Positions 30,006-38,732 of a stretch of DNA of 64,000 nucleotides are shown here, one piece after another. Origin of the DNA: Bacteriovoracia bacterium (GTDB lineage: Bacteria > Bdellovibrionota > UBA1018 > JBFWNL01); assembly GCA_050251055.1 (NCBI GenBank), contig JBFWNL010000005.1:128001-192000 (forward strand), written 5' to 3'. Position numbers and translations under genes: made by a program. Under the pieces are notes generated by a model that saw only the letters and a list, made by a program, of their open reading frames with translations, was not told where the DNA came from and did no database searches. Position 1 is the stretch's first letter. The number at the start of each line of letters is the position of its first letter.

Positions 30006-30049
30006 GCAGTGCTTGAGCCAGAAAAAAATAAAGCAATATCAATATGTTA
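30006..30049 (-). promoter_or_regulatory. Putative sigma-54 promoter with upstream IHF site
   Basis: TGGCTC-AAGCA-CTGC (minus, 30006-30020); consensus IHF core TATCAATATGTTA (30037-30049) preceded by an A-tract. Confidence 0.65.
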
Positions 30050-30122
30050 TGATCTTAGGTGAAAGCGATTTCCTAGGTGATTTTGGACCCGCCTGGGTTT
30101 TCCTGACACTCTCCCGTGCGCC

Positions 30123-30779
30123 TTAGTTTCCGCAAACGGTGGCGCGAAAGGCGAAGTCATAGGTGGTGTATTCCGCGAACCAACCCAAGCTCCCCGTCCC
30201 AAGCTTCACTTTTTCGTTCACTAGGCCGTTGCTTTGGTCACGGTAGATTCGAATCATTTCCCCGAAGTGATCCATGGACACCACCCACCAATACTTTTGG
30301 CCGGCTAGGACCTCGTAGGGCGACGAAAAAACGTAGGCGTCCCAGTTGGCGGGGGCGGCGAGGCTGCCAATGGCCTGTACCGCTGGGTTGACTCCGTCGG
30401 AGATCGCGAGGACGCCGGAGCAGGGGTTCCCTCCGCAGTCGCCGGTTAATCGCAAGGTGAGGGGAGCCGAAAGCGTGGCCCCTTGGAGCTGCACGAGTTT
30501 CAATTCGATTTGGGAAAGTGAGCCCGTGACGGAAGGAGTGAAACTCTGCGCCCAAAGCTCGGGGACATCGCCTCCGCTCCAGTGGGCGCTCGCTTCGATC
30601 GGGGAGTTCGTCGTTGTGGTTTGCTCAAAGTTGATTGCGCAGCCCACGGCGGTTGATGGAGGGAGGCCTCCAGCCGGCGTGTTACTCACGGGATTTTCTT
30701 CGGTATCTTGACCCCGAAAGAGTTTGCAGGATTGAAGCGCGGCGAGAATCGCCAGCGCAGCGAGAAATCGAATCGGCAA
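30123..30779 (-). CDS. Hypothetical lipoprotein (beta-sandwich)
   Basis: Lipobox LQSC; WAQSFTP...LSQIEL...LAGQKYWWV. Confidence 0.78.
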   Translation of the reverse strand: MPIRFLAALAILAALQSCKLFRGQDTEENPVSNTPAGGLPPSTAVGCAINFEQTTTTNSPIEASAHWSGGDVPELWAQSFTPSVTGSLSQIELKLVQLQGATLSAPLTLRLTGDCGGNPCSGVLAISDGVNPAVQAIGSLAAPANWDAYVFSSPYEVLAGQKYWWVVSMDHFGEMIRIYRDQSNGLVNEKVKLGTGSLGWFAEYTTYDFAFRATVCGN

Positions 30780-30909
30780 GAGGCCCCCTTTTTCTAGCGA
30801 GCCACTCCTTCCACACCTACTGCTAGTTTAGAGGGAGGGATCAGAAGATGTCAACGCGGCAAGTCAATGACGGCTTGCCTCAAGCCGGGGGTGGCTATAT
30901 AAGAGCAGC

Positions 30910-31470
30910 ATGCTTAGGGTGGTTTTTTCGCTGATCGTCGGAGCCTGGGGGCTAGGGGCGTTGCCCGCCCACGCGGCAATCGAACCGGCGCTCGCGGGAC
31001 AAGATTTGCTTTCGGATCGTCCGGTCGTCATGCCGCTCACGGACGCGAAAGGCGCGACCGTCGTTGTCTTCCTTTCCTCCCGCTGCCCTTGTTCCATGAG
31101 CCACGAACCCGCGCTGCGTGATCTGCACGCGCAGTTTGCAAGCCAGGGGATTCGCTTCGTCGGCGTGCACTCCAACGTAGATGAGACGCCCGCGGAGTCC
31201 GCCCGGCACTTTCGGGAGGCTCGCGTACCGTTTCCCGTCTTGCAGGACGAAGCTGCGCAGATCGCCAACCGCTTTGGCGCTTTGAAGACGCCGCACGTTT
31301 TTGTCTGGGCGGGAGGAAAGCTCGTTTACCAGGGAGGCGTCGATGACAGCCGCGTGGCGGCTTCGGCGAAGCACCACTACTTAAGAGAAGCTTTGACTGC
31401 GATCGTCGCCGGAGAGCCCCCTCCGCGCGGGGATTCGCGCACTTTGGGCTGTGTGATCCGCCGTCCTTAG
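30910..31470 (+). CDS. Exported redoxin (thioredoxin-like/AhpC-TSA) protein
   Basis: Signal peptide; VFLSSRCPCS, ALKTPH, YQGGVDD and C-terminal GC.I. Confidence 0.88.
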   Translation: MLRVVFSLIVGAWGLGALPAHAAIEPALAGQDLLSDRPVVMPLTDAKGATVVVFLSSRCPCSMSHEPALRDLHAQFASQGIRFVGVHSNVDETPAESARHFREARVPFPVLQDEAAQIANRFGALKTPHVFVWAGGKLVYQGGVDDSRVAASAKHHYLREALTAIVAGEPPPRGDSRTLGCVIRRP

Positions 31471-31493
31471 GTACGAAATTGAAGGAGAGAACG

Positions 31494-31991
31494 ATGAAGA
31501 GAACCGTATTTTTGCTCGTGGGCCTGATGGCGTGTAATTCACCGCTATTAAATCATGTCAACGCCGACGATCTGAGCAGGAAGGATCCATCCGCCGCCGG
31601 TGAGCCTTTGACAGCGGACGACGCTAAAAACTGCCCCCTGGCGTTTCCCGAGGCCGGTCTTTGCGCGGAACTGATTTGGAAAGCCACGCCGACCGCCGAC
31701 GAGTTGGCGACCTTCACCCTGAAGTTTTGGAACGAGGCTGACGCCGACCGGAAAGGTCCGTATGTTAGCCCAACTGACGAGCCATTCGTGAAACTATGGA
31801 TGACGTCGATGGGGCATGGATCTTCTCCCGTCAAGCTTGCTCCCGCCCGGGACGCCGAAGGGGCGCCGGTGGACGGTGTCTATGACGGCACGGACGCGTT
31901 TTTCAGTATGGGCGGCGATTGGGACGTGAAGGTCCAGCTGCGCCGGGAAAAAAAGGTACAGGAAGAGGCCGTCCTGAAGGTGAAGATCTAA
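31494..31991 (+). CDS. YtkA/FixH-like lipoprotein
   Basis: Lipobox LMAC; KLWMTSMGHGSSP and FSMGGDWDV. Confidence 0.82.
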   Translation: MKRTVFLLVGLMACNSPLLNHVNADDLSRKDPSAAGEPLTADDAKNCPLAFPEAGLCAELIWKATPTADELATFTLKFWNEADADRKGPYVSPTDEPFVKLWMTSMGHGSSPVKLAPARDAEGAPVDGVYDGTDAFFSMGGDWDVKVQLRREKKVQEEAVLKVKI

Positions 31992-31997
31992 CCTTCC

Positions 31998-32903
31998 ATG
32001 TTATTTGCCCTGCTGCTGATCGTATCCGAGGCCGCCGCCGCCCCTTGCTGCGGCGGTAGCGCGAGTTTGCCGACGCTGATTACGGGTGACGACCAGGCGC
32101 AGCTCTCGTTTTCGGTATCCCGTGCCTCGGTGATTGGCGATGCTCCGGCGGCGGGGCTGCCGGTCTTTCGTAGCTCGCGCGATGCCGAAACCACGGAAAC
32201 ATTGAAGCTGGACGGAGCATGGATGCTTTCGGAGCGTTGGCAGGCGGGCGCGAGCTTGCCTGTCCTCTGGCGCGCGCGAGAAACCACGACCAGTTCGGCA
32301 CGGTCCCAAGGGCTGGGTGATGTGAGCGTCAGTGCTGCTTATGAGTTTCTACCCGAGCGAACTTACTCCGTGTGGAGGCCGCGCGGTTTTTTCTTTCTCC
32401 AATCCACCCTACCCACCAGCCCGTCCATTCACGACGCCGTCGCGCCGTATCTGGTGGATGCGCGAGGTCGCGGTTTTTTTTCCGTCGCGGGCGGCGCGGC
32501 GTTCGTGAAAGTGCTGGGTAATTGGGATCTGCTCTTAACGGCCGAGCTTCATCGTGCATTCGCGCGGACCTTCCAGGACGCCGATGGTTCGATCACTCGG
32601 TTTTTTCCGGGCTGGGGCGGGAGTGCGCTCCTGGGAGCGGGTTGGAGCCCGGGGGGCGGGGCTTTTCGGCTGGGTTTAAGTTTCGCACCGGTTTTTGAAG
32701 GTGCGATCACCAGTGAAGGGGGGGTAAATACGACTTCCTCGTCGCAACTGGTTTGGAACAGCTCGGCTCAGTTCGCGTATGCCTTCGATGAAGCTTGGGC
32801 AACGAATGTCGCCTATACCGACCAAACTCTCCTGGGACCAGCTCGCAATGTAAGTCTGAGTCGGACAGTCATCTTTTCCCTCCAGAAGCGCTGGCCGCTC
32901 TAA
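31998..32903 (+). CDS. Putative outer-membrane beta-barrel protein with N-terminal CCGG motif
   Basis: Signal peptide followed by CCGG; GLGDV; alternating aromatic beta-strands; terminal W. Confidence 0.75.
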   Translation: MLFALLLIVSEAAAAPCCGGSASLPTLITGDDQAQLSFSVSRASVIGDAPAAGLPVFRSSRDAETTETLKLDGAWMLSERWQAGASLPVLWRARETTTSSARSQGLGDVSVSAAYEFLPERTYSVWRPRGFFFLQSTLPTSPSIHDAVAPYLVDARGRGFFSVAGGAAFVKVLGNWDLLLTAELHRAFARTFQDADGSITRFFPGWGGSALLGAGWSPGGGAFRLGLSFAPVFEGAITSEGGVNTTSSSQLVWNSSAQFAYAFDEAWATNVAYTDQTLLGPARNVSLSRTVIFSLQKRWPL

Positions 32904-32921
32904 GGCCATTCCAATAAAAAT

Positions 32922-32947
32922 TTGAATTTTGTGCGTCGCGCCTATAT
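32922..32947 (+). promoter_or_regulatory. Possible RpoH(sigma-32)-type promoter
   Basis: TTGAA-N14-CCTATAT about 30 bp upstream of ATG 32977. Confidence 0.35.
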
Positions 32948-32976
32948 GGTGCGTCAAGATTTCTGGGGAGGTAGGA

Positions 32977-33966
32977 ATGGGATCTTTTTATTCACTTCAA
33001 GTAGGAGCGGTACTATTCATTCTGGCGCTAACCACGGGCTGCGGCCCCGGCGCCTTGAATCGTGATGATGTGGTTGGTGCGCGGGCGGTGAATCCGCAGG
33101 CTCCAGCCCCTCAGATCGTACCTATACCGGATGAGCCGAGCGCGACCGAAACGCGCATCGTTCCCACGGAACGCACGGTTCCCAGCACGGTCACCCGTGA
33201 CAAGCGCTTCATCTACTATCGTACCGCATGGAAGGACATGCGGGGCTCGGCCAAGAAAGCGGCGGTCAAATCCTCGATTAGCATGCTGCAAGACACCTTG
33301 CAGATCCTGCTTGGGATCAATACGCGCTCAAGCGGCGCGCAGGTGTTTACCGATGACTTGCTCGATCAGGTGATTAAAGACGCGCGGGACAACACCGAAG
33401 TCGCCGAGGGCATGGGCATCACGGTACGTGATCTCATTCCGAGCGGATTTTTCGTGTTTGGCAACGTGAGTATTTCCGGCAAATGGGTCTTGGGCGCAGG
33501 GGGATCCGCGGATTTGATGTTAGTCGCGGTGCCGGTGGAAGTCGTGCGCGTGAGCATTCAGGATCCGCAGCAAGTTTACCATTATGTGGAACTGGACTGG
33601 GCGTTGGCGGCCATTCCTCAGCTGCACGCGGGCGCCGGTGCCGGCGGGCAGGTGGGATTTGAGTTTGGCGCCGGCCTGATTTGGGGTGCTCTACATCACG
33701 CGAAGGATTTCGCAGGGCCCCTGGGTGCCCTGAGCGCGACCGCGAAGTTTGGCATCGGCCTCGAGCTCATGGCGGGCGTCGTGCGCAACATGGGCCTGAA
33801 GCGAAACTTCCCGTTCCTGTCACTAGCCATCGACACTGGCGTGGCCGCCGAAATCGCGGTGAACGCCAACGGCGGCGTGGTGTTACCGCTCGACAAGCTG
33901 AGTTCGCTGGTGCTGGGCACGCCCGCCGACACGTTCTCGGGTACTTCGAAGGCACCGGTGTACTAG
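32977..33966 (+). CDS. Hypothetical lipoprotein
   Basis: SD GGAGGT; lipobox TTGC; Gly/aliphatic beta-rich C-terminal half. Confidence 0.8.
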   Translation: MGSFYSLQVGAVLFILALTTGCGPGALNRDDVVGARAVNPQAPAPQIVPIPDEPSATETRIVPTERTVPSTVTRDKRFIYYRTAWKDMRGSAKKAAVKSSISMLQDTLQILLGINTRSSGAQVFTDDLLDQVIKDARDNTEVAEGMGITVRDLIPSGFFVFGNVSISGKWVLGAGGSADLMLVAVPVEVVRVSIQDPQQVYHYVELDWALAAIPQLHAGAGAGGQVGFEFGAGLIWGALHHAKDFAGPLGALSATAKFGIGLELMAGVVRNMGLKRNFPFLSLAIDTGVAAEIAVNANGGVVLPLDKLSSLVLGTPADTFSGTSKAPVY

Positions 33967-34002
33967 GGTAGACGTTCCGGCCGGATTTTGCCGGCCTTCC
34001 CC

Positions 34003-34188
34003 TTACGGGAGCGTCTTCGGTGTTCTTCCGCCCGTCACCAAGTGGGCGATGAAGCTAACCAGCGCGAAGATCAAGAACACCACGAGCAGAGTGCGGCCGA
34101 TCTCTACCGACATTCCGGCGAAACCGTTCGCCCCGAAGAGCATGGCGATCAACCCGATGATGAAAAATACAATAGATGCTCTGAGCAT
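34003..34188 (-). CDS. DUF1328 family small membrane protein
   Basis: MLRASIVFFIIGLIAMLFGANGFAG...IGRTLLVVFL; SD AGGAGG. Confidence 0.88.
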   Translation of the reverse strand: MLRASIVFFIIGLIAMLFGANGFAGMSVEIGRTLLVVFLIFALVSFIAHLVTGGRTPKTLP

Positions 34189-34208
34189 AATATCCTCCTT
34201 CTTGGCCG

Positions 34209-34604
34209 TTACGCGGCCTGATCGATTTTGTACTCCGTTTCCACTTTCACGAGGACGGCGGACTTATTCGTCGTCGTCACCAGAAGCACGGCACCTAGGC
34301 CCAGCACGATGTGCACGAGCGCTTGTCCGGTTGTGAGCAGTCCCCGATATCCAAATAGCCACGGCCCGCTCATCACGAAGAGCCCTACGATCACGTCGAG
34401 CGCCATGTGCGTGCTAACGGGAATGAGTTTCCAGATGGAAAACTCGTATTTCGTGGCTAAGCTGTAAAAGAAAAGTGAAAGACCGCATATCGCGAGCAGG
34501 TTCTGCGCGCGCACGATGTCGGAGAAACCGAAAATCCAAGGCGTGGCGACTAATACGGCGGCGATAATGTAGTCGAAGATGTTATGCGTTCTGAGTGAGA
34601 TCAT
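34209..34604 (-). CDS. SPW-repeat membrane protein
   Basis: H...DY...TPWIFGF, T.YE, H..LD and GPWLFG; start at ATG 34604. Confidence 0.85.
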   Translation of the reverse strand: MISLRTHNIFDYIIAAVLVATPWIFGFSDIVRAQNLLAICGLSLFFYSLATKYEFSIWKLIPVSTHMALDVIVGLFVMSGPWLFGYRGLLTTGQALVHIVLGLGAVLLVTTTNKSAVLVKVETEYKIDQAA

Positions 34605-34641
34605 ATTCTTTCCCTTCCGATTCTTTTCTACCGTAAGGCAT

Positions 34642-34686
34642 GCATTCGATATGCCAGCGTCTATTCGGGATCGGCACGGGCGATGC
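34642..34686. promoter_or_regulatory. Back-to-back putative sigma-54 promoters
   Basis: Minus TGGCAT-ATCGA-ATGC (34642-34656) and plus CGGCAC-GGGCG-ATGC (34672-34686). Confidence 0.6.
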
Positions 34687-34699
34687 ACACGCTATGAGC

Positions 34700-35005
34700 A
34701 TGGAAAAATCACGAGGAGTAACCAACAGCATCGAAGCCATGGATAATGAAGGGCCTAACCCCAAGGTGGATCCTGGAATGCTGGCGCATGCCGACGAAAA
34801 ACTCAGCGACGATGTGTCAAAGTGTCTCAGCGAGGATGCGAAATTGGACGCTTCCCGTATCCGGTTCGACATCAGCGCGGGTGAGATCACTCTCTTCGGC
34901 GTCGTGCCAGACGAGAACATGCGGGAGTATGCGGCTGAGCGCGTTTCGAAGCTGCCGGGAGTGAAAGGCGTGCGTAATCATCTGGTGGTGCGGCAGGTCG
35001 CCTGA
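34700..35005 (+). CDS. BON domain protein
   Basis: D..L...V...L..D..LDAS.I....GEITLFG.V...A......PGVKGVRNHL. Start uncertain (34694, 34700 or 34739). Confidence 0.85.
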   Translation: MEKSRGVTNSIEAMDNEGPNPKVDPGMLAHADEKLSDDVSKCLSEDAKLDASRIRFDISAGEITLFGVVPDENMREYAAERVSKLPGVKGVRNHLVVRQVA

Positions 35006-35027
35006 TGAGCATCCCAACTTGCCGGTT

Positions 35028-36158
35028 TCAGGCCGCGCGTGGTTTGACGGCGGGACGGGGACTTTCGTCACGACGGAGGTAGGAGGTTTGGTAGTGGTCC
35101 CGCCAGATTTGCAGAAACGTCAACAGCGTCCCCGCCAGGATCGGGCCTAAGAGTAGGCCAATTAACCCGAATTGATAAACTCCGCCGATCGCCGCGAGCA
35201 AGGCCACCAGGGTCGGCATGTTCCCTCCGCCGTTTAGCACGAGCGCGCGCGCTAGGTTGTCGACGATGCTGGTGAGACCGCCCGCCGCCAGCATGAGCAT
35301 GGCCTTTCCCGGAGCGCCAGTGAAATAGAAGTAAGCCGTCATTCCCAGCCATACGGGACTGCAGCTGATGACCGGTATCCAGGCGAGTAAAAACGTGAGG
35401 CCGGCCGCGAAGAATGGCACCGGGGCGCCTAGCGCGATGAGCGCGAGGAACATCACGCCTGCCTGGGCCGCCGCCGCCGCGAGAGATGCGACGAATGCCC
35501 GCACCACGTTGGTGCGGAAACCGTGAAAAATCCGGTGTTGCACCTCCGCCTCCAGCGGCAAAGTGCCTTGTAGCCATCGAAGAAACGGCTTTCCCTGACG
35601 TAGCAAAAAGAAGCAAGTGAGCAATGCCACGAGTAGCTGCAACGCCATTCCGGGAAGGTGGCCCAGCCATCCGAGCAGTTGGGAGGTGCCGAACTTGAGC
35701 GCGGAGCGGATTCCATCGTTGATTTGCTGATCGAGCCCCCGCTCGGCCCCCAGATATCTTTGCACGATAGGGTAGCGCGCGATCTCTTCGTTCAGCGAAG
35801 CCATGGTCTGCTGCCAAAACTGGTTAGATGACTGGGAGAGTCGATCGAGCGCACCGGCGCCCTGCTCGATCGCCGTGACAGTAAAACTCAAAACGGGTAG
35901 CACAATGCCGAGGGTCACTAAAGCCGTAACGATAGCAGCAGCCCAGTTTTCCGCGGAACGCTTGCCTCCCCAGCGGCGCGCGAGGAACCCATAGAAACGG
36001 TAAGTGGTTAACGCGAGGATTACCCCCGCCAACAACGCGGAGCCAAACGGCCTCATCATGAATGCCACCGCGACGAGTAGTGTCGTCATCAAGATGAGAA
36101 AAAATGTCATCGTCTGTCTCGTTTTGGCACGCGGAGGCGCCTGAAATTTTGAATTCAT
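35028..36158 (-). CDS. AI-2E family transporter
   Basis: Multi-TM; FFLLRQG, A.IPVI, DNLAR and GG...FG..GLLLGP. Start uncertain. Confidence 0.88.
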   Translation of the reverse strand: MNSKFQAPPRAKTRQTMTFFLILMTTLLVAVAFMMRPFGSALLAGVILALTTYRFYGFLARRWGGKRSAENWAAAIVTALVTLGIVLPVLSFTVTAIEQGAGALDRLSQSSNQFWQQTMASLNEEIARYPIVQRYLGAERGLDQQINDGIRSALKFGTSQLLGWLGHLPGMALQLLVALLTCFFLLRQGKPFLRWLQGTLPLEAEVQHRIFHGFRTNVVRAFVASLAAAAAQAGVMFLALIALGAPVPFFAAGLTFLLAWIPVISCSPVWLGMTAYFYFTGAPGKAMLMLAAGGLTSIVDNLARALVLNGGGNMPTLVALLAAIGGVYQFGLIGLLLGPILAGTLLTFLQIWRDHYQTSYLRRDESPRPAVKPRAA

Positions 36159-36176
36159 CTGCGTTGTCAGAGAGCT

Positions 36177-36196
36177 GCATGTGGCATGCCGATTGC
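36177..36196. promoter_or_regulatory. Overlapping divergent putative sigma-54 promoters
   Basis: Plus TGGCAT-GCCGA-TTGC (36182-36196) and minus CGGCAT-GCCAC-ATGC (36177-36191). Confidence 0.6.
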
Positions 36197-36220
36197 TCGT
36201 ACGCAGGAAAAGGAGAGCAC

Positions 36221-36613
36221 ATGGATATCGATACACGTTTTCGCCAAGACCACCTCGCCATCGTGCAAGGTTTCGAAAGACTCGAGAAAAGCTCGCACGG
36301 CTCCAAACGGGAGCGTTATGACCTTTTCGACGATCTGGCTTCCCTGATTCGTGCCCACATCTGGCGGGAGCAGGCGGAGCTCTATGCCTATCTACGGGCC
36401 CACTCCACGACAGGGGACTTCGTGGAGAACTTGCGCGTGGATTGCCGGGTGATGGCCGATCTTTTGGATCGGCTGGAAGCGATGTCGAATCTAGACGAGA
36501 ATTGGGAGCCGACGTTCATGGCCCTCAGGGTGATCGCCCTGCACCATATTCAAGAGGAAGAAGCAGTGTTGTTGGAGCGACTGCCGGCGCTTGCTGTGCG
36601 GCAGGCCGCATAA
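36221..36613 (+). CDS. Hemerythrin-like (HHE) domain protein
   Basis: QDH, AH...E...LY and HHIQEEE; SD AGGAG. Confidence 0.85.
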   Translation: MDIDTRFRQDHLAIVQGFERLEKSSHGSKRERYDLFDDLASLIRAHIWREQAELYAYLRAHSTTGDFVENLRVDCRVMADLLDRLEAMSNLDENWEPTFMALRVIALHHIQEEEAVLLERLPALAVRQAA

Positions 36614-36639
36614 ATCGTGGTCAAACCAAGGAGAACAGA

Positions 36640-37191
36640 ATGAACAGGAATCACTTGAAATGCATGGCGGCAGGATTGATGGCGCTAGCCTACACAGTTC
36701 CCGCCAACGCCCTGGAAAGCTCGGTAGGGTACGCGGGTTTCTTGCTCGGTGGTAATATCGCGAGCACTAGCGGATCCGACGGGGATACCCGCCCAAACAT
36801 TGGGCTCACTCTAGGCGGAAAAATCTCCCCCGAATTTGGGTTGGGTTTTTATGGCGGATTCTCGGGACAACGAAGCTCGGGCACTTTTCTGGGGCTGCCC
36901 TCGGGGACCTCTACCAGCATGACGATATTGGCGGGGCAACTAAATTTTTTTGCGGGGCCTTTGCATCTTGGCGCCGAAGCGGGTGCGGCTATTAGCTCTT
37001 GGTCGGGTAATATCTCGAGCGTGCATGCGGGCGATTCCACGACCGACTTCGTGTATGGTCCGCAAGGCGGCGTCGATTTTCAGTTGGTTCCCAACTTATC
37101 GCTTGGAGCTGAGTTGCATTACCTGATTACGACGGCCGATAGCGGGGTAAATAATCTCCAAGCCCTCGCGGCGTTGAAGGTATGGATGTAG
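36640..37191 (+). CDS. Small outer-membrane beta-barrel protein
   Basis: Signal peptide (ANA); alternating strands; YGPQGGVDF and LSLGAELHY. Confidence 0.8.
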   Translation: MNRNHLKCMAAGLMALAYTVPANALESSVGYAGFLLGGNIASTSGSDGDTRPNIGLTLGGKISPEFGLGFYGGFSGQRSSGTFLGLPSGTSTSMTILAGQLNFFAGPLHLGAEAGAAISSWSGNISSVHAGDSTTDFVYGPQGGVDFQLVPNLSLGAELHYLITTADSGVNNLQALAALKVWM

Positions 37192-37203
37192 AACGTGGGA
37201 TTC

Positions 37204-37722
37204 TTAGCTGGCGCGAACTTCGTGAATGGGAGGGCGCGGCTCCGCCGCGGCCTCCCTTGCTTTCACCGCTTGATTGGCGAAGGCTTGCGCGAGCTTCTCT
37301 TGCACCAATTCGGCGACAATGGATTCCAAGCCGGGAGGATTGGGGCGGCGTGGGGCCGCCTGCAGTTGATTTAGTTTTTCACTTATTCGAAACGCGCTAA
37401 GCCACTGACGCTCGGAGAGCTGCCAACGTAAAAACACCAGCGCAATAATTCCAATTCCCAGCAAAGTGAACACCACGCCATCGAAGCGGAAGTGTCCCGT
37501 CCGCACGTAGGTCATCGCCAGATAGAGCACGGCGGACCCGAACGAAGCCGCGACCAGGGTGAACCAGGTCAGCGCGCGAATGGAAAGCAGGGTGAGGTTG
37601 CGCGCGCCACGGAGTATTTCCAGGGAGATGGATAGGGTCTTGAGTTTCGCCAATCGCTCGCCTTCATGCCAAATATGCTCTAGGTAATGATTGGCCACGC
37701 GCTCGAAAACCGACATATCCAC
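37204..37722 (-). CDS. Hypothetical 2-TM membrane protein
   Basis: Two TM helices; directly downstream of the DUF883-like gene, a position similar to YqjE. Confidence 0.7.
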   Translation of the reverse strand: MDMSVFERVANHYLEHIWHEGERLAKLKTLSISLEILRGARNLTLLSIRALTWFTLVAASFGSAVLYLAMTYVRTGHFRFDGVVFTLLGIGIIALVFLRWQLSERQWLSAFRISEKLNQLQAAPRRPNPPGLESIVAELVQEKLAQAFANQAVKAREAAAEPRPPIHEVRAS

Positions 37723-37748
37723 CTCGCCCGGTTAATTTTGATACTGCA

Positions 37749-38120
37749 CTACTTGGAACGACGGCCCAGCAAGAACGCGCTGAGACCGACAAAAGCCGCC
37801 GTCGCCGAGATGAATGCCCAAGGGCGCTCATGCGCGGCGGTGTCGACTTTCTTCGCAGTTTCGACGGTAGTGTCGACGATTTTTTCCCTAGCCTGCTGCA
37901 CCGACTGCGTGGTGGCCGCGCTGATCTCGCGCAGGGCGCCTTTGACGGCCGGACGCATGCCCGTGAGCGTTTGCTTGAAGCGCTTGTAGTCGCGATTGAT
38001 CATGTCTCTAATTTCTTCCGAGCTGTCCTTCGCGGCGTCGTTCAGTAAGCTCAGCGCGTGCGAGATGGATTTTGCATCATGGTCGTGGCGATGGGAATTT
38101 ACGGCGTGCAGGTTTTTCAC
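37749..38120 (-). CDS. DUF883/ElaB/YqjD family tail-anchored protein
   Basis: VD..AHERPW followed by a TM helix ending LLGRRSK; GTG start with SD AAGGAG. Confidence 0.88.
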   Translation of the reverse strand: MKNLHAVNSHRHDHDAKSISHALSLLNDAAKDSSEEIRDMINRDYKRFKQTLTGMRPAVKGALREISAATTQSVQQAREKIVDTTVETAKKVDTAAHERPWAFISATAAFVGLSAFLLGRRSK

Positions 38121-38175
38121 GAATAGCTCCTTCTTATTATTTGAGTGATAAATTGCGTTTCGGTGATCAAAAGGA

Positions 38176-38190
38176 GCAAGGCGCGTGCCA
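38176..38190 (-). promoter_or_regulatory. Putative sigma-54 promoter (perfect consensus)
   Basis: TGGCAC-GCGCC-TTGC on the minus strand, 56 bp upstream of the 38120 start. Confidence 0.75.
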
Positions 38191-38308
38191 TCCTCTACGT
38201 CGACTCGATTGGATTTGGGCGCGCTATCGCCCATGCGTTGAGAAAATATGGCATAGGTTCCTCCCAGCCTGTCCCGGTCATTGGTGAGAGACTTCTCGTT
38301 GCACGGGT

Positions 38309-38323
38309 TGGCCTACGCTTTGC
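38309..38323 (+). promoter_or_regulatory. Putative sigma-54 promoter
   Basis: TGGCCT-ACGCT-TTGC, 32 bp upstream of ATG 38355. Confidence 0.65.
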
Positions 38324-38354
38324 TTTGTTACCCAGCTAGCGGAAAGGAATAAAA

Positions 38355-38715
38355 ATGGAACCCATTCCCAGTTTTTTTCGGCTACAGGTATTGGTTGCGG
38401 GACTCAGCGTCGCCAGCGCGTCGGGTATTCCGGAGGCCACTACGCCGCCGGATCGCGCGTCGATGGAGCAAACCAACCAGGCGGGAGACGCCGAGCTGCG
38501 TCGCATACTTCGCCAGGAGATCATTGAGGATGAGGCACTCTCTGGCTACGCGAAGAACGTCTCCGTCATTACATCGAGCGGGAGCGTGGTGCTTGCGAGG
38601 AGGGGTTCGGAACGACCAAGAGAAAGACCGTTTGGAGTACCTGGCCCGGAAGAACGCCGGGGCCGGGAATGTGGTGAGTGAAATCACGGTGACGGTGCCT
38701 ACCGTCACCTATTGA
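38355..38715 (+). pseudogene. BON domain protein split by a +1 frameshift at about 38592-38603
   Basis: Frame 0 gives ...D..LRRILRQEIIEDEALSGYAKNVSVITSSGSVVL; frame +1 continues LRGGVRNDQEKDRLEYLARKNAGAGNVVSEITV, which completes the BON domain. Confidence 0.75.
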
Positions 38716-38732
38716 ATCAAGGAGAGAGTCGT

